Assembly (NCBI GenBank): GCA_964057225.1
Contig: OZ059898.1
Coordinates: forward strand, 17,050,001 to 17,114,000
DNA: 64,000 nt
Origin: Auanema rhodensis
Taxonomy: Eukaryota; Animalia; Nematoda
Direction: 5' to 3'
Shown here: positions 1 through 12,636 of the stretch, in pieces
Layout: every line of letters starts with the position of its first letter
Position numbering within the stretch: the first letter of the stretch is position 1
Notes under the pieces: generated by a model
What the model was told of the DNA's origin: nothing
The model's input: the letters and a program-made list of their open reading frames with translations, nothing else
Databases searched by the model: none
Made by a program: the position numbers and the translations under genes

Positions 1-116
1 CTTATATCCTCGATTTTCACCCTGAAGAATTATTTTTTTCGTTGAATAACATTGTCCATCGTCTTTGCCTTGAAAAAAGGAATCTAAAAACTTCTATTTT
101 TTGCTAAATTATTTTG

Positions 117-135
117 AAATTTTTCGAAAAAATTT
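117..135. repeat. Intra-monomer palindrome aaatttttcgaaaaaattt (perfect 12-bp core tttttcgaaaaa at 120-131); repeated in nearly every monomer
   Basis: Direct reverse-complement comparison in monomer 1. Confidence 0.85.
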
Positions 136-158
136 TTGTCAAAATGTTTTTGGAAGCA

Positions 159-186
159 ATGTTGAGTGTACATGTAAACTCAACAT
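159..186. repeat. 28-bp intra-monomer dyad atgttgagtgt-acatg(g/t)-aaactcaacat; repeated in every monomer
   Basis: 159-167 atgttgagt is the exact reverse complement of 178-186 actcaacat, and the 11-bp arms match at 10/11 positions. Confidence 0.9.
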
Positions 187-269
187 ACACTAATGCACCA
201 TTTTTCAAACAATCATAACTAATTTTTGTATTAAGCGTTTTTCAATGTAGTATAGTGCATTTGATGCGG

Positions 270-320
270 ATTTTTAAGCTGCGTCGATCTGTGTTATCAA
301 ATTTGCGCTAGCTTAAAAAT
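270..320. repeat. Intra-monomer long imperfect inverted repeat (11-bp arms atttttaagct/agcttaaaaat, inner gcg/cgc and atctg/cagat)
   Basis: 270-280 is the reverse complement of 310-320. 281-283 pairs with 306-308, and 287-291 pairs with 298-302 in monomers carrying G at position 300. Confidence 0.85.
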
Positions 321-337
321 GCACCGAGATATCAACT

Positions 338-359
338 GATATAAGTTCACACTTATATC
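338..359. repeat. Hairpin gatataagt-tcac-acttatatc (9-bp stem, 4-nt loop) spanning the arbitrary monomer boundary
   Basis: 338-346 is the exact reverse complement of 351-359; flanking cgag (325-328) and ctcg (360-363) can extend the stem. Confidence 0.85.
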
Positions 360-3300
360 CTCGATTTTCACCCTGAAGAAATAATTTTTTCGTTGAATAA
401 CATTGTCCATCGTCTTTGCCTTGAAAAACGGAATCTAAAAACATCTACTTTTTGCTAAATTATTCTGAAATTTTTCGAAAAAATTTTTGTCAAAATGTTT
501 TTGGAAGCAATGTTGAGTGTACATGGAAACTCAACATACACTAATGCATCATTTTTCAAACGATCATAACTAATTTTTGTATTAAGCGTTTCTCAATGTA
601 GTATAGTGCATTCGATGCGGATTTTTAAGCTGCGTCGATCTGTGTTATCAGATTTGCGCTAGCTTAAAAATGCACCGAGATATCAACTGATATAAGTTCA
701 CACTTATATCCTCGATTTTCACCCTGAAGAATTATTTTTTTCGTTGAATAACATTGTCCATCGTCTTTGCCTTGAAAAAAGGAATCTAAAAACATCTACT
801 TTTTGCTAAATTATTCTGAAATTTTTCGAAAAAATTTTTGTCAAAATGTTTTTGGAAGCAATTTTGAGTGTACATGGAAACTCAACATACACTAATGCAT
901 CATTTTTCAAACGATCATAACTAATTTTTGTATTAAGCGTTTCTCAATGTAGTATAGTGCATTTGATGCGGATTTTTAAGCTGCGTCGATCTGTGTTATC
1001 AAATTTGCGCTAGCTTAAAAATGCACCGAGATATCAACTGGTATAAGTTCACACTTATATCCTCGATTTTCACCCTGAAGAAATAATTTTTTCGTTGAAT
1101 AACATTGTCCATCGTCTTTGCCTTGAAAAAAGGAATCTAAAAACATCTACTTTTTGCTAAATTATTCTGAAATTTTTCGAAAAAATTTTTGTCAAAATGT
1201 TTTTGGAAGCAATGTTGAGTGTACATGGAAACTCAACATACACTAATGCATCATTTTTCAAACGATCATAACTAATTTTTGTATTAAGCGTTTCTCAATG
1301 TAGTATAGTGCATTCGATGCGGATTTTTAAACTGCGTCGATCTGTGTTATCAGATTTGCGCTAGCTTAAAAATGCACCGAGATATGAACTGATATAAGTT
1401 CACACTTATATCCTCGATTTTCACCCTGAAGAATTATTTTTTTCGTTGAATAACATTGTCCATCGTCTTTGCCTTGAAAAAAGGAATCTAAAAACTTCTA
1501 TTTTTTGCTAAATTATTTTGAAATTTTTCGAAAAAATTTTTGTCAAAATGTTTTTGGAAGCAATGTTGAGTGTACATGTAAACTCAACATACACTAATGC
1601 ACCATTTTTCAAACAATCATAACTAATTTTTGTATTAAGCGTTTTTCAATGTAGTATAGTGCATTTGATGCGGATTTTTAAGCTGCGTCGATCTGTGTTA
1701 TCAAATTTGCGCTAGCTTAAAAATGCACCGAGATATCAACTGATATAAGTTCACACTTATATCCTCGATTTTCACCCTGAAGAAATAATTTTTTCGTTGA
1801 ATAACATTGTCCATCGTCTTTGCCTTGAAAAACGGAATCTAAAAACATCTACTTTTTGCTAAATTATTCTGAAATTTTTCGAAAAAATTTTTGTCAAAAT
1901 GTTTTTGGAAGCAATGTTGAGTGTACATGGAAACTCAACATACACTAATGCATCATTTTTCAAACGATCATAACTAATTTTTGTATTAAGCGTTTCTCAA
2001 TGTAGTATAGTGCATTCGATGCGGATTTTTAAGCTGCGTCGATCTGTGTTATCAGATTTGCGCTAGCTTAAAAATGCACCGAGATATCAACTGATATAAG
2101 TTCACACTTATATCCTCGATTTTCACCCTGAAGAATTATTTTTTTCGTTGAATAACATTGTCCATCGTCTTTGCCTTGAAAAAAGGAATCTAAAAACATC
2201 TACTTTTTGCTAAATTATTCTGAAATTTTTCGAAAAAATTTTTGTCAAAATGTTTTTGGAAGCAATTTTGAGTGTACATGGAAACTCAACATACACTAAT
2301 GCATCATTTTTCAAACGATCATAACTAATTTTTGTATTAAGCGTTTCTCAATGTAGTATAGTGCATTTGATGCGGATTTTTAAGCTGCGTCGATCTGTGT
2401 TATCAAATTTGCGCTAGCTTAAAAATGCACCGAGATATCAACTGGTATAAGTTCACACTTATATCCTCGATTTTCACCCTGAAGAAATAATTTTTTCGTT
2501 GAATAACATTGTCCATCGTCTTTGCCTTGAAAAAAGGAATCTAAAAACATCTACTTTTTGCTAAATTATTCTGAAATTTTTCGAAAAAATTTTTGTCAAA
2601 ATGTTTTTGGAAGCAATGTTGAGTGTACATGGAAACTCAACATACACTAATGCATCATTTTTCAAACGATCATAACTAATTTTTGTATTAAGCGTTTCTC
2701 AATGTAGTATAGTGCATTCGATGCGGATTTTTAAACTGCGTCGATCTGTGTTATCAGATTTGCGCTAGCTTAAAAATGCACCGAGATATGAACTGATATA
2801 AGTTCACACTTATATCCTCGATTTTCACCCTGAAGAATTATTTTTTTCGTTGAATAACATTGTCCATCGTCTTTGCCTTGAAAAAAGGAATCTAAAAACA
2901 TCTACTTTTTGCTAAATTATTCTGAAATTTTTCGAAAAAATTTTTGTCAAAATGTTTTTGGAAGCAATGTTGAGTGTACATGGAAACTCAACATACACTA
3001 ATGCATCATTTTTCAAACGATCATAACTAATTTTTGTATTAAGCGTTTCTCAATGTAGTATAGTGCATTCGATGCGGATTTTTAAACTGCGTCGATCTGT
3101 GTTATCAGATTTGCGCTAGCTTAAAAATGCACCGAGATATCAACTGATATAAGTTCACACTTATATCCTCGATTTTCACCCTGAAGAATTATTTTTTTCG
3201 TTGAATAACATTGTCCATCGTCTTTGCCTTGAAAAAAGGAATCTAAAAACATCTACTTTTTGCTAAATTATTCTGAAATTTTTCGAAAAAATTTTTGTCA

Positions 3301-6300
3301 AAATGTTTTTGGAAGCAATGTTGAGTGTACATGGAAACTCAACATACACTAATGCATCATTTTTCAAACGATCATAACTAATTTTTGTATTAAGCGTTTC
3401 TCAATGTAGTATAGTGCATTCGATGCGGATTTTTAAACTGCGTCGATCTGTGTTATCAGATTTGCGCTAGCTTAAAAATGCACCGAGATATGAACTGATA
3501 TAAGTTCACACTTATATCCTCGATTTTCACCCTGAAGAATTATTTTTTTCGTTGAATAACATTGTCCATCGTCTTTGCCTTGAAAAAAGGAATCTAAAAA
3601 CATCTACTTTTTGCTAAATTATTCTGAAATTTTTCGAAAAAATTTTTGTCAAAATGTTTTTGGAAGCAATGTTGAGTGTACATGGAAACTCAACATACAC
3701 TAATGCATCATTTTTCAAACGATCATAACTAATTTTTGTATTAAGCGTTTCTCAATGTAGTATAGTGCATTCGATGCGGATTTTTAAACTGCGTCGATCT
3801 GTGTTATCAGATTTGCGCTAGCTTAAAAATGCACCGAGATATCAACTGATATAAGTTCACACTTATATCCTCGATTTTCACCCTGAAGAATTATTTTTTT
3901 CGTTGAATAACATTGTCCATCGTCTTTGCCTTGAAAAAAGGAATCTAAAAACATCTACTTTTTGCTAAATTATTCTGAAATTTTTCGAAAAAATTTTTGT
4001 CAAAATGTTTTTGGAAGCAATTTTGAGTGTACATGGAAACTCAACATACACTAATGCATCATTTTTCAAACGATCATAACTAATTTTTGTATTAAGCGTT
4101 TCTCAATGTAGTATAGTGCATTTAATGCGGATTTTTAAGCTGCGTCGATCTGTGTTATCAAATTTGCGCTAGCTTAAAAATGCACCGAGATATCAACTGG
4201 TATAAGTTCACACTTATATCCTCGATTTTCACCCTGAAGAAATAAATTTTTCGTTGAATAACATTGTCCATCGTCTTTGCCTTGAAAAAAGGAATCTAAA
4301 AACATCTACTTTTTGCTAAATTATTCTGAAATTTTTCGAAAAAATTTTTGTCAAAATGTTTTTGGAAGCAATGTTGAGTGTACATGGAAACTCAACATAC
4401 ACTAATGCATCATTTTTCAAACGATCATAACTAATTTTTGTATTAAGCGTTTCTCAATGTAGTATAGTGCATTCGATGCGGATTTTTAAACTGCGTCGAT
4501 CTGTGTTATCAGATTTGCGCTAGCTTAAAAATGCACCGAGATATGAACTGATATAAGTTCACACTTATATCCTCGATTTTCACCCTGAAGAATTATTTTT
4601 TTCGTTGAATAACATTGTCCATCGTCTTTGCCTTGAAAAAAGGAATCTAAAAACATCTACTTTTTGCTAAATTATTCTGAAATTTTTCGAAAAAATTTTT
4701 GTCAAAATGTTTTTGGAAGCAATTTTGAGTGTACATGGAAACTCAACATACACTAATGCATCATTTTTCAAACGATCATAACTAATTTTTGTATTAAGCG
4801 TTTCTCAATGTAGTATAGTGCATTTAATGCGGATTTTTAAGCTGCGTCGATCTGTGTTATCAAATTTGCGCTAGCTTAAAAATGCACCGAGATATCAACT
4901 GGTATAAGTTCACACTTATATCCTCGATTTTCACCCTGAAGAAATGATTTTTTCGTTGAATAACATTGTCCATCGTCTTTGCCTTGAAAAAAGGAATCTA
5001 AAAACATCTACTTTTTGCTAAATTATTCTGAAATTTTTCGAAAAAATTTTTGTCAAAATGTTTTTGGAAGCAATGTTGAGTGTACATGGAAACTCAACAT
5101 ACACTAATGCATCATTTTTCAAACGATCATAACTAATTTTTGTATTAAGCGTTTCTCAATGTAGTATAGTGCATTTGATGCGGATTTTTAAACTGCGTCG
5201 ATCTGTGTTATCAGATTTGCGCTAGCTTAAAAATGCACCGAGATATCAACTGATATAAGTTCACACTTATATCCTCGATTTTCACCCTGAAGAATTATTT
5301 TTTTCGTTGAATAACATTGTCCATCGTCTTTGCCTTGAAAAAAGGAATCTAAAAACATCTACTTTTTGCTAAATTATTCTGAAATTTTTCGAAAAAATTT
5401 TTGTCAAAATGTTTTTGGAAGCAATGTTGAGTGTACATGGAAACTCAACATACACTAATGCATCATTTTTCAAACGATCATAACTAATTTTTGTATTAAG
5501 CGTTTCTCAATGTAGTATAGTGCATTTGATGCGGATTTTTAAACTGCGTCGATCTGTGTTATCAGATTTGCGCTAGCTTAAAAATGCACCGAGATATCAA
5601 CTGATATAAGTTCACACTTATATCCTCGATTTTCACCCTGAAGAATTATTTTTTTCGTTGAATAACATTGTCCATCGTCTTTGCCTTGAAAAAAGGAATC
5701 TAAAAACATCTACTTTTTGCTAAATTATTCTGAAATTTTTCGAAAAAATTTTTGTCAAAATGTTTTTGGAAGCAATGTTGAGTGTACATGGAAACTCAAC
5801 ATACACTAATGCATCATTTTTCAAACGATCATAACTAATTTTTGTATTAAGCGTTTCTCAATGTAGTATAGTGCATTCGATGCGGATTTTTAAACTGCGT
5901 CGATCTGTGTTATCAGATTTGCGCTAGCTTAAAAATGCACCGAGATATCAACTGATATAAGTTCACACTTATATCCTCGATTTTCACCCTGAAGAATTAA
6001 TTTTTTCGTTGAATAACATTGTCCATCGTCTTTGCCTTGAAAAAAGGAATCTAAAAACATCTACTTTTTGCTAAATTATTCTGAAATTTTTCGAAAAAAT
6101 TTTTGTCAAAATGTTTTTGGAAGCAATTTTGAGTGTACATGGAAACTCAACATACACTAATGCATCATTTTTCAAACGATCATAACTAATTTTTGTATTA
6201 AGCGTTTCTCAATGTAGTATAGTGCATTTAATGCGGATTTTTAAGCTGCGTCGATCTGTGTTATCAAATTTGCGCTAGCTTAAAAATGCACCGAGATATC

Positions 6301-8424
6301 AACTGGTATAAGTTCACACTTATATCCTCGATTTTCACCCTGAAGAAATAATTTTTTCGTTGAATAACATTGTCCATCGTCTTTGCCTTGAAAAAAGGAA
6401 TCTAAAAACATCTACTTTTTGCTAAATTATTCTGAAATTTTTCGAAAAAATTTTTGTCAAAATGTTTTTGGAAGCAATGTTGAGTGTACATGGAAACTCA
6501 ACATACACTAATGCATCATTTTTCAAACGATCATAACTAATTTTTGTATTAAGCGTTTCTCAATGTAGTATAGTGCATTCGATGCGGATTTTTAAACTGC
6601 GTCGATCTGTGTTATCAGATTTGCGCTAGCTTAAAAATGCACCGAGATATGAACTGATATAAGTTCACACTTATATCCTCGATTTTCACCCTGAAGAATT
6701 ATTTTTTTCGTTGAATAACATTGTCCATCGTCTTTGCCTTGAAAAAAGGAATCTAAAAACATCTACTTTTTGCTAAATTATTCTGAAATTTTTCGAAAAA
6801 ATTTTTGTCAAAATGTTTTTGGAAGCAATGTTGAGTGTACATGGAAACTCAACATACACTAATGCATCATTTTTCAAACGATCATAACTAATTTTTGTAT
6901 TAAGCGTTTCTCAATGTAGTATAGTGCATTCGATGCGGATTTTTAAACTGCGTCGATCTGTGTTATCAGATTTGCGCTAGCTTAAAAATGCACCGAGATA
7001 TCAACTGATATAAGTTCACACTTATATCCTCGATTTTCACCCTGAAGAATTATTTTTTTCGTTGAATAACATTGTCCATCGTCTTTGCCTTGAAAAAAGG
7101 AATCTAAAAACATCTACTTTTTGCTAAATTATTCTGAAATTTTTCGAAAAAATTTTTGTCAAAATGTTTTTGGAAGCAATTTTGAGTGTACATGGAAACT
7201 CAACATACACTAATGCATCATTTTTCAAACGATCATAACTAATTTTTGTATTAAGCGTTTCTCAATGTAGTATAGTGCATTTAATGCGGATTTTTAAGCT
7301 GCGTCGATCTGTGTTATCAAATTTGCGCTAGCTTAAAAATGCACCGAGATATCAACTGGTATAAGTTCACACTTATATCCTCGATTTTCACACTGAAGAA
7401 ATAATTTTTTCGTTGAATAACATTGTCCATCGTCTTTGCCTTGAAAAAAGGAATCTAAAAACATCTACTTTTTGCTAAATTATTCTGAAATTTTTCGAAA
7501 AAATTTTTGTCAAAATGTTTTTGGAAGCAATGTTGAGTGTACATGGAAACTCAACATACACTAATGCATCATTTTTCAAACGATCATAACTAATTTTTGT
7601 ATTAAGCGTTTCTCAATGTAGTATAGTGCATTTGATGCGGATTTTTAAACTGCGTCGATCTGTGTTATCAGATTTGCGCTAGCTTAAAAATGCACCGAGA
7701 TATCAACTGATATAAGTTCACACTTATATCCTCGATTTTCACCCTGAAGAATTATTTTTTTCGTTGAATAACATTGTCCATCGTCTTTGCCTTGAAAAAA
7801 GGAATCTAAAAACATCTACTTTTTGCTAAATTATTCTGAAATTTTTCGAAAAAATTTTTGTCAAAATGTTTTTGGAAGCAATGTTGAGTGTACATGGAAA
7901 CTCAACATACACTAATGCATCATTTTCCAAACGATCATAACTAATTTTTGTATTAAGCGTTTCTCAATGTAGTATAGTGCATTCGATGCGGATTTTTAAA
8001 CTGCGTCGATCTGTGTTATCAGATTTGCGCTAGCTTAAAAATGCACCGAGATATGAACTGATATAAGTTCACACTTATATCCTCGATTTTCACCCTGAAG
8101 AATTATTTTTTTCGTTGAATAACATTGTCCATCGTCTTTGCCTTGAAAAAAGGAATCTAAAAACATCTACTTTTTGCTAAATTATTCTGAAATTTTTCGA
8201 AAAAATTTTTGTCAAAATGTTTTTGGAAGCAATGTTGAGTGTACATGGAAACTCAACATACACTAATGCATCATTTTTCAAACGATCATAACTAATTTTT
8301 GTATTAAGCGTTTCTCAATGTAGTATAGTGCATTCGATGCGGATTTTTAAACTGCGTCGATCTGTGTTATCAGATTTGCGCTAGCTTAAAAATGCACCGA
8401 GATATCAACTGATATAAGTTCACA

Positions 8425-11400
8425 CTTATATCCTCGATTTTCACCCTGAAGAATTATTTTTTTCGTTGAATAACATTGTCCATCGTCTTTGCCTTGAAAA
8501 AAGGAATCTAAAAACATCTACTTTTTGCTAAATTATTCTGAAATTTTTCGAAAAAATTTTTGTCAAAATGTTTTTGGAAGCAATTTTGAGTGTACATGGA
8601 AACTCAACATACACTAATGCATCATTTTTCAAACGATCATAACTAATTTTTGTATTAAGCGTTTCTCAATGTAGTATAGTGCATTTAATGCGGATTTTTA
8701 AGATGCGTCGATCTGTGTTATCAAATTTGCGCTAGCTTAAAAATGCACCGAGATATCAACTGGTATAAGTTCACACTTATATCCTCGATTTTCACCCTGA
8801 AGAAATAATTTTTTCGTTGAATAACATTGTCCATCGTCTTTGCCTTGAAAAAAGGAATCTAAAAACATCTACTTTTTGCTAAATTATTCTGAAATTTTTC
8901 GAAAAAATTTTTGTCAAAATGTTTTTGGAAGCAATGTTGAGTGTACATGGAAACTCAACATACACTAATGCATCATTTTTCAAACGATCATAACTAATTT
9001 TTGTATTAAGCGTTTCTCAATGTAGTATAGTGCATTCGATGCGGATTTTTAAACTGCGTAGATCTGTGTTATCAGATTTGCGCTAGCTTAAAAATGCACC
9101 GAGATATGAACTGATATAAGTTCACACTTATATCCTCGATTTTCACCCTGAAGAATTATTTTTTTCGTTGAATAACATTGTCCATCGTCTTTGCCTTGAA
9201 AAAAGGAATCTAAAAACATCTACTTTTTGCTAAATTATTCTGAAATTTTTCGAAAAAATTTTTGTCAAAATGTTTTTGGAAGCAATGTTGAGTGTACATG
9301 GAAACTCAACATACACTAATGCATCATTTTTCAAACGATCATAACTAATTTTTGTATTAAGCGTTTCTCAATGTAGTATAGTGCATTCGATGCGGATTTT
9401 TAAACTGCGTCGATCTGTGTTATCAGATTTGCGCTAGCTTAAAAATGCACCGAGATATGAACTGATATAAGTTCACACTTATATCCTCGATTTTCACCCT
9501 GAAGAATTATTTTTTTCGTTGAATAACATTGTCCATCGTCTCTGCCTTGAAAAAAGGAATCTAAAAACATCTACTTTTTGCTAAATTATTCTGAAATTTT
9601 TCGAAAAAATTTTTGTCAAAATGTTTTTGGAAGCAATGTTGAGTGTACATGGAAACTCAACATACACTAATGCATCATTTTTCAAACGATCATAACTAAT
9701 TTTTGTATTAAGCGTTTCTCAATGTAGTATAGTGCATTTGATGCGGATTTTTAAGCTGCGTCGATCTGTGTTATCAAATTTGCGCTAGCTTAAAAATGCA
9801 CCGAGATATCAACTGGTATAAGTTCACACTTATATCCTCGATTTTCACCCTGAAGAAATAATTTTTTCGTTGAATAACATTGTCCATCGTCTTTGCCTTG
9901 AAAAAAGGAATCTAAAAACATCTACTTTTTGCTAAATTATTCTGAAATTTTTCGAAAAAATTTTTGTCAAAATGTTTTTGGAAGCAATGTTGAGTGTACA
10001 TGGAAACTCAACATACACTAATGCATCATTTTTCAAACGATCATAACTAATTTTTGTATTAAGCGTTTCTCAATGTAGTATAGTGCATTCGATGCGGATT
10101 TTTAAACTGCGTCGATCTGTGTTATCAGATTTGCGCTAGCTTAAAAATGCACCGAGATATCAACTGATATAAGTTCACACTTATATCCTCGATTTTCACC
10201 CTGAAGAATTATTTTTTTCGTTGAATAACATTGTCCATCGTCTTTGCCTTGAAAAAAGGAATCTAAAAACATCTACTTTTTGCTAAATTATTCTGAAATT
10301 TTTCGAAAAAATTTTTGTCAAAATGTTTTTGGAAGCAATTTTGAGTGTACATGGAAACTCAACATACACTAATGCATCATTTTTCAAACGATCATAACTA
10401 ATTTTTGTATTAAGCGTTTCTCAATGTAGTATAGTGCATTTAATGCGGATTTTTAAGCTGCGTCGATCTGTGTTATCAAATTTGCGCTAGCTTAAAAATG
10501 CACCGAGATATCAACTGGTATAAGTTCACACTTATATCCTCGATTTTCACCCTGAAGAAATAATTTTTTCGTTGAATAACATTGTCCATCGTCTTTGCCT
10601 TGAAAAAAGGAATCTAAAAACATCTACTTTTTGCTAAATTATTCTGAAATTTTTCGAAAAAATTTTTGTCAAAATGTTTTTGGAAGCAATGTTGAGTGTA
10701 CATGGAAACTCAACATACACTAATGCATCATTTTTCAAACGATCATAACTAATTTTTGTATTAAGCGTTTCTCAATGTAGTATAGTGCATTCGATGCGGA
10801 TTTTTAAACTGCGTCGATCTGTGTTATCAGATTTGCGCTAGCTTAAAAATGCACCGAGATATGAACTGATATAAGTTCACACTTATATCCTCGATTTTCA
10901 CCCTGAAGAATTATTTTTTTCGTTGAATAACATTGTCCATCGTCTTTGCCTTGAAAAAAGGAATCTAAAAACATCTACTTTTTGCTAAATTATTCTGAAA
11001 TTTTTCGAAAAAATTTTTGTCAAAATGTTTTTGGAAGCAATGTTGAGTGTACATGGAAACTCAACATACACTAATGCATCATTTTTCAAACGATCATAAC
11101 TAATTTTTGTATTAAGCGTTTCTCAATGTAGTATAGTGCATTCGATGCGGATTTTTAAACTGCGTCGATCTGTGTTATCAGATTTGCGCTAGCTTAAAAA
11201 TGCACCGAGATATGAACTGATATAAGTTCACACTTATATCCTCGATTTTCACCCTGAAGAATTATTTTTTTCGTTGAATAACATTGTCCATCGTCTCTGC
11301 CTTGAAAAAAGGAATCTAAAAACATCTACTTTTTGCTAAATTATTCTGAAATTTTTCGAAAAAATTTTTGTCAAAATGTTTTTGGAAGCAATGTTGAGTG

Positions 11401-12636
11401 TACATGGAAACTCAACATACACTAATGCATCATTTTTCAAACGATCATAACTAATTTTTGTATTAAGCGTTTCTCAATGTAGTATAGTGCATTTGATGCG
11501 GATTTTTAAGCTGCGTCGATCTGTGTTATCAAATTTGCGCTAGCTTAAAAATGCACCGAGATATCAACTGGTATAAGTTCACACTTATATCCTCGATTTT
11601 CACCCTGAAGAAATAATTTTTTCGTTGAATAACATTGTCCATCGTCTTTGCCTTGAAAAAAGGAATCTAAAAACATCTACTTTTTGCTAAATTATTCTGA
11701 AATTTTTCGAAAAAATTTTTGTCAAAATGTTTTTGGAAGCAATGTTGAGTGTACATGGAAACTCAACATACACTAATGCATCATTTTTCAAACGATCATA
11801 ACTAATTTTTGTATTAAGCGTTTCTCAATGTAGTATAGTGCATTCGATGCGGATTTTTAAACTGCGTCGATCTGTGTTATCAGATTTGCGCTAGCTTAAA
11901 AATGCACCGAGATATGAACTGATATAAGTTCACACTTATATCCTCGATTTTCACCCTGAAGAATTATTTTTTTCGTTGAATAACATTGTCCATCGTCTTT
12001 GCCTTGAAAAAAGGAATCTAAAAACATCTACTTTTTGCTAAATTATTCTGAAATTTTTCGAAAAAATTTTTGTCAAAATGTTTTTGGAAGCAATTTTGAG
12101 TGTACATGGAAACTCAACATACACTAATGCATCATTTTTCAAACGATCATAACTAATTTTTGTATTAAGCGTTTCTCAATGTAGTATAGTGCATTTAATG
12201 CGGATTTTTAAGCTGCGTCGATCTGTGTTATCAAATTTGCGCTAGCTTAAAAATGCACCGAGATATCAACTGGTATAAGTTCACACTTATATCCTCGATT
12301 TTCACCCTGAAGAAATAATTTTTTCGTTGAATAACATTGTCCATCGTCTTTGCCTTGAAAAAAGGAATCTAAAAACATCTACTTTTTGCTAAATTATTCT
12401 GAAATTTTTCGAAAAAATTTTTGTCAAAATGTTTTTGGAAGCAATGTTGAGTGTACATGGAAACTCAACATACACTAATGCATCATTTTTCAAACGATCA
12501 TAACTAATTTTTGTATTAAGCGTTTCTCAATGTAGTATAGTGCATTCGATGCGGATTTTTAAACTGCGTCGATCTGTGTTATCAGATTTGCGCTAGCTTA
12601 AAAATGCACCGAGATATGAACTGATATAAGTTCACA
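8425..12636. repeat. Imperfect 5-monomer periodicity (1755 bp)
   Basis: The private variant gtctctgcc occurs at about 9542 and 11297 (1755 bp apart). Neighbouring monomer types mostly repeat at the same offset, with a few mismatching sites. Confidence 0.65.

Larger units (their letters stand above)
1..2808. repeat. 4-monomer higher-order repeat (1404 bp) x2
   Basis: Monomers 1-4 and 5-8 carry the same ordered variants: A-type monomer, aaaacgg monomer, caatttt/ctggtat monomer, atatgaac monomer. Confidence 0.9.

Noticed and set aside
37-53. CENP-B box-like tttcgttgaataacatt
   Set aside because: It shares TTCGTTG with the CENP-B box but lacks the essential CGGG half, and the monomer is not alpha satellite.
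159-186. Bacterial dif/Xer site
   Set aside because: The 11+6+11 geometry is the same, but the arms do not match XerC/XerD consensus and the context is a eukaryote-style satellite.
1-351. Drosophila 359-bp (1.688) or another named satellite
   Set aside because: Only length and AT content are similar; I recognise no diagnostic sequence, so no family name is assigned.
338-359. Intrinsic terminator or Helitron 3' end
   Set aside because: The stem is AT-rich with no adjacent U-tract or upstream gene, and there is no CTRR terminus at the expected distance.
250-363. tRNA, 5S rRNA, snRNA or spliced-leader tandem gene
   Set aside because: Hairpins are present, but I found no cloverleaf, Pol III A/B or C box, or recognisable 5S, snRNA or SL sequence. 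An Rfam/Infernal scan would be the formal test.
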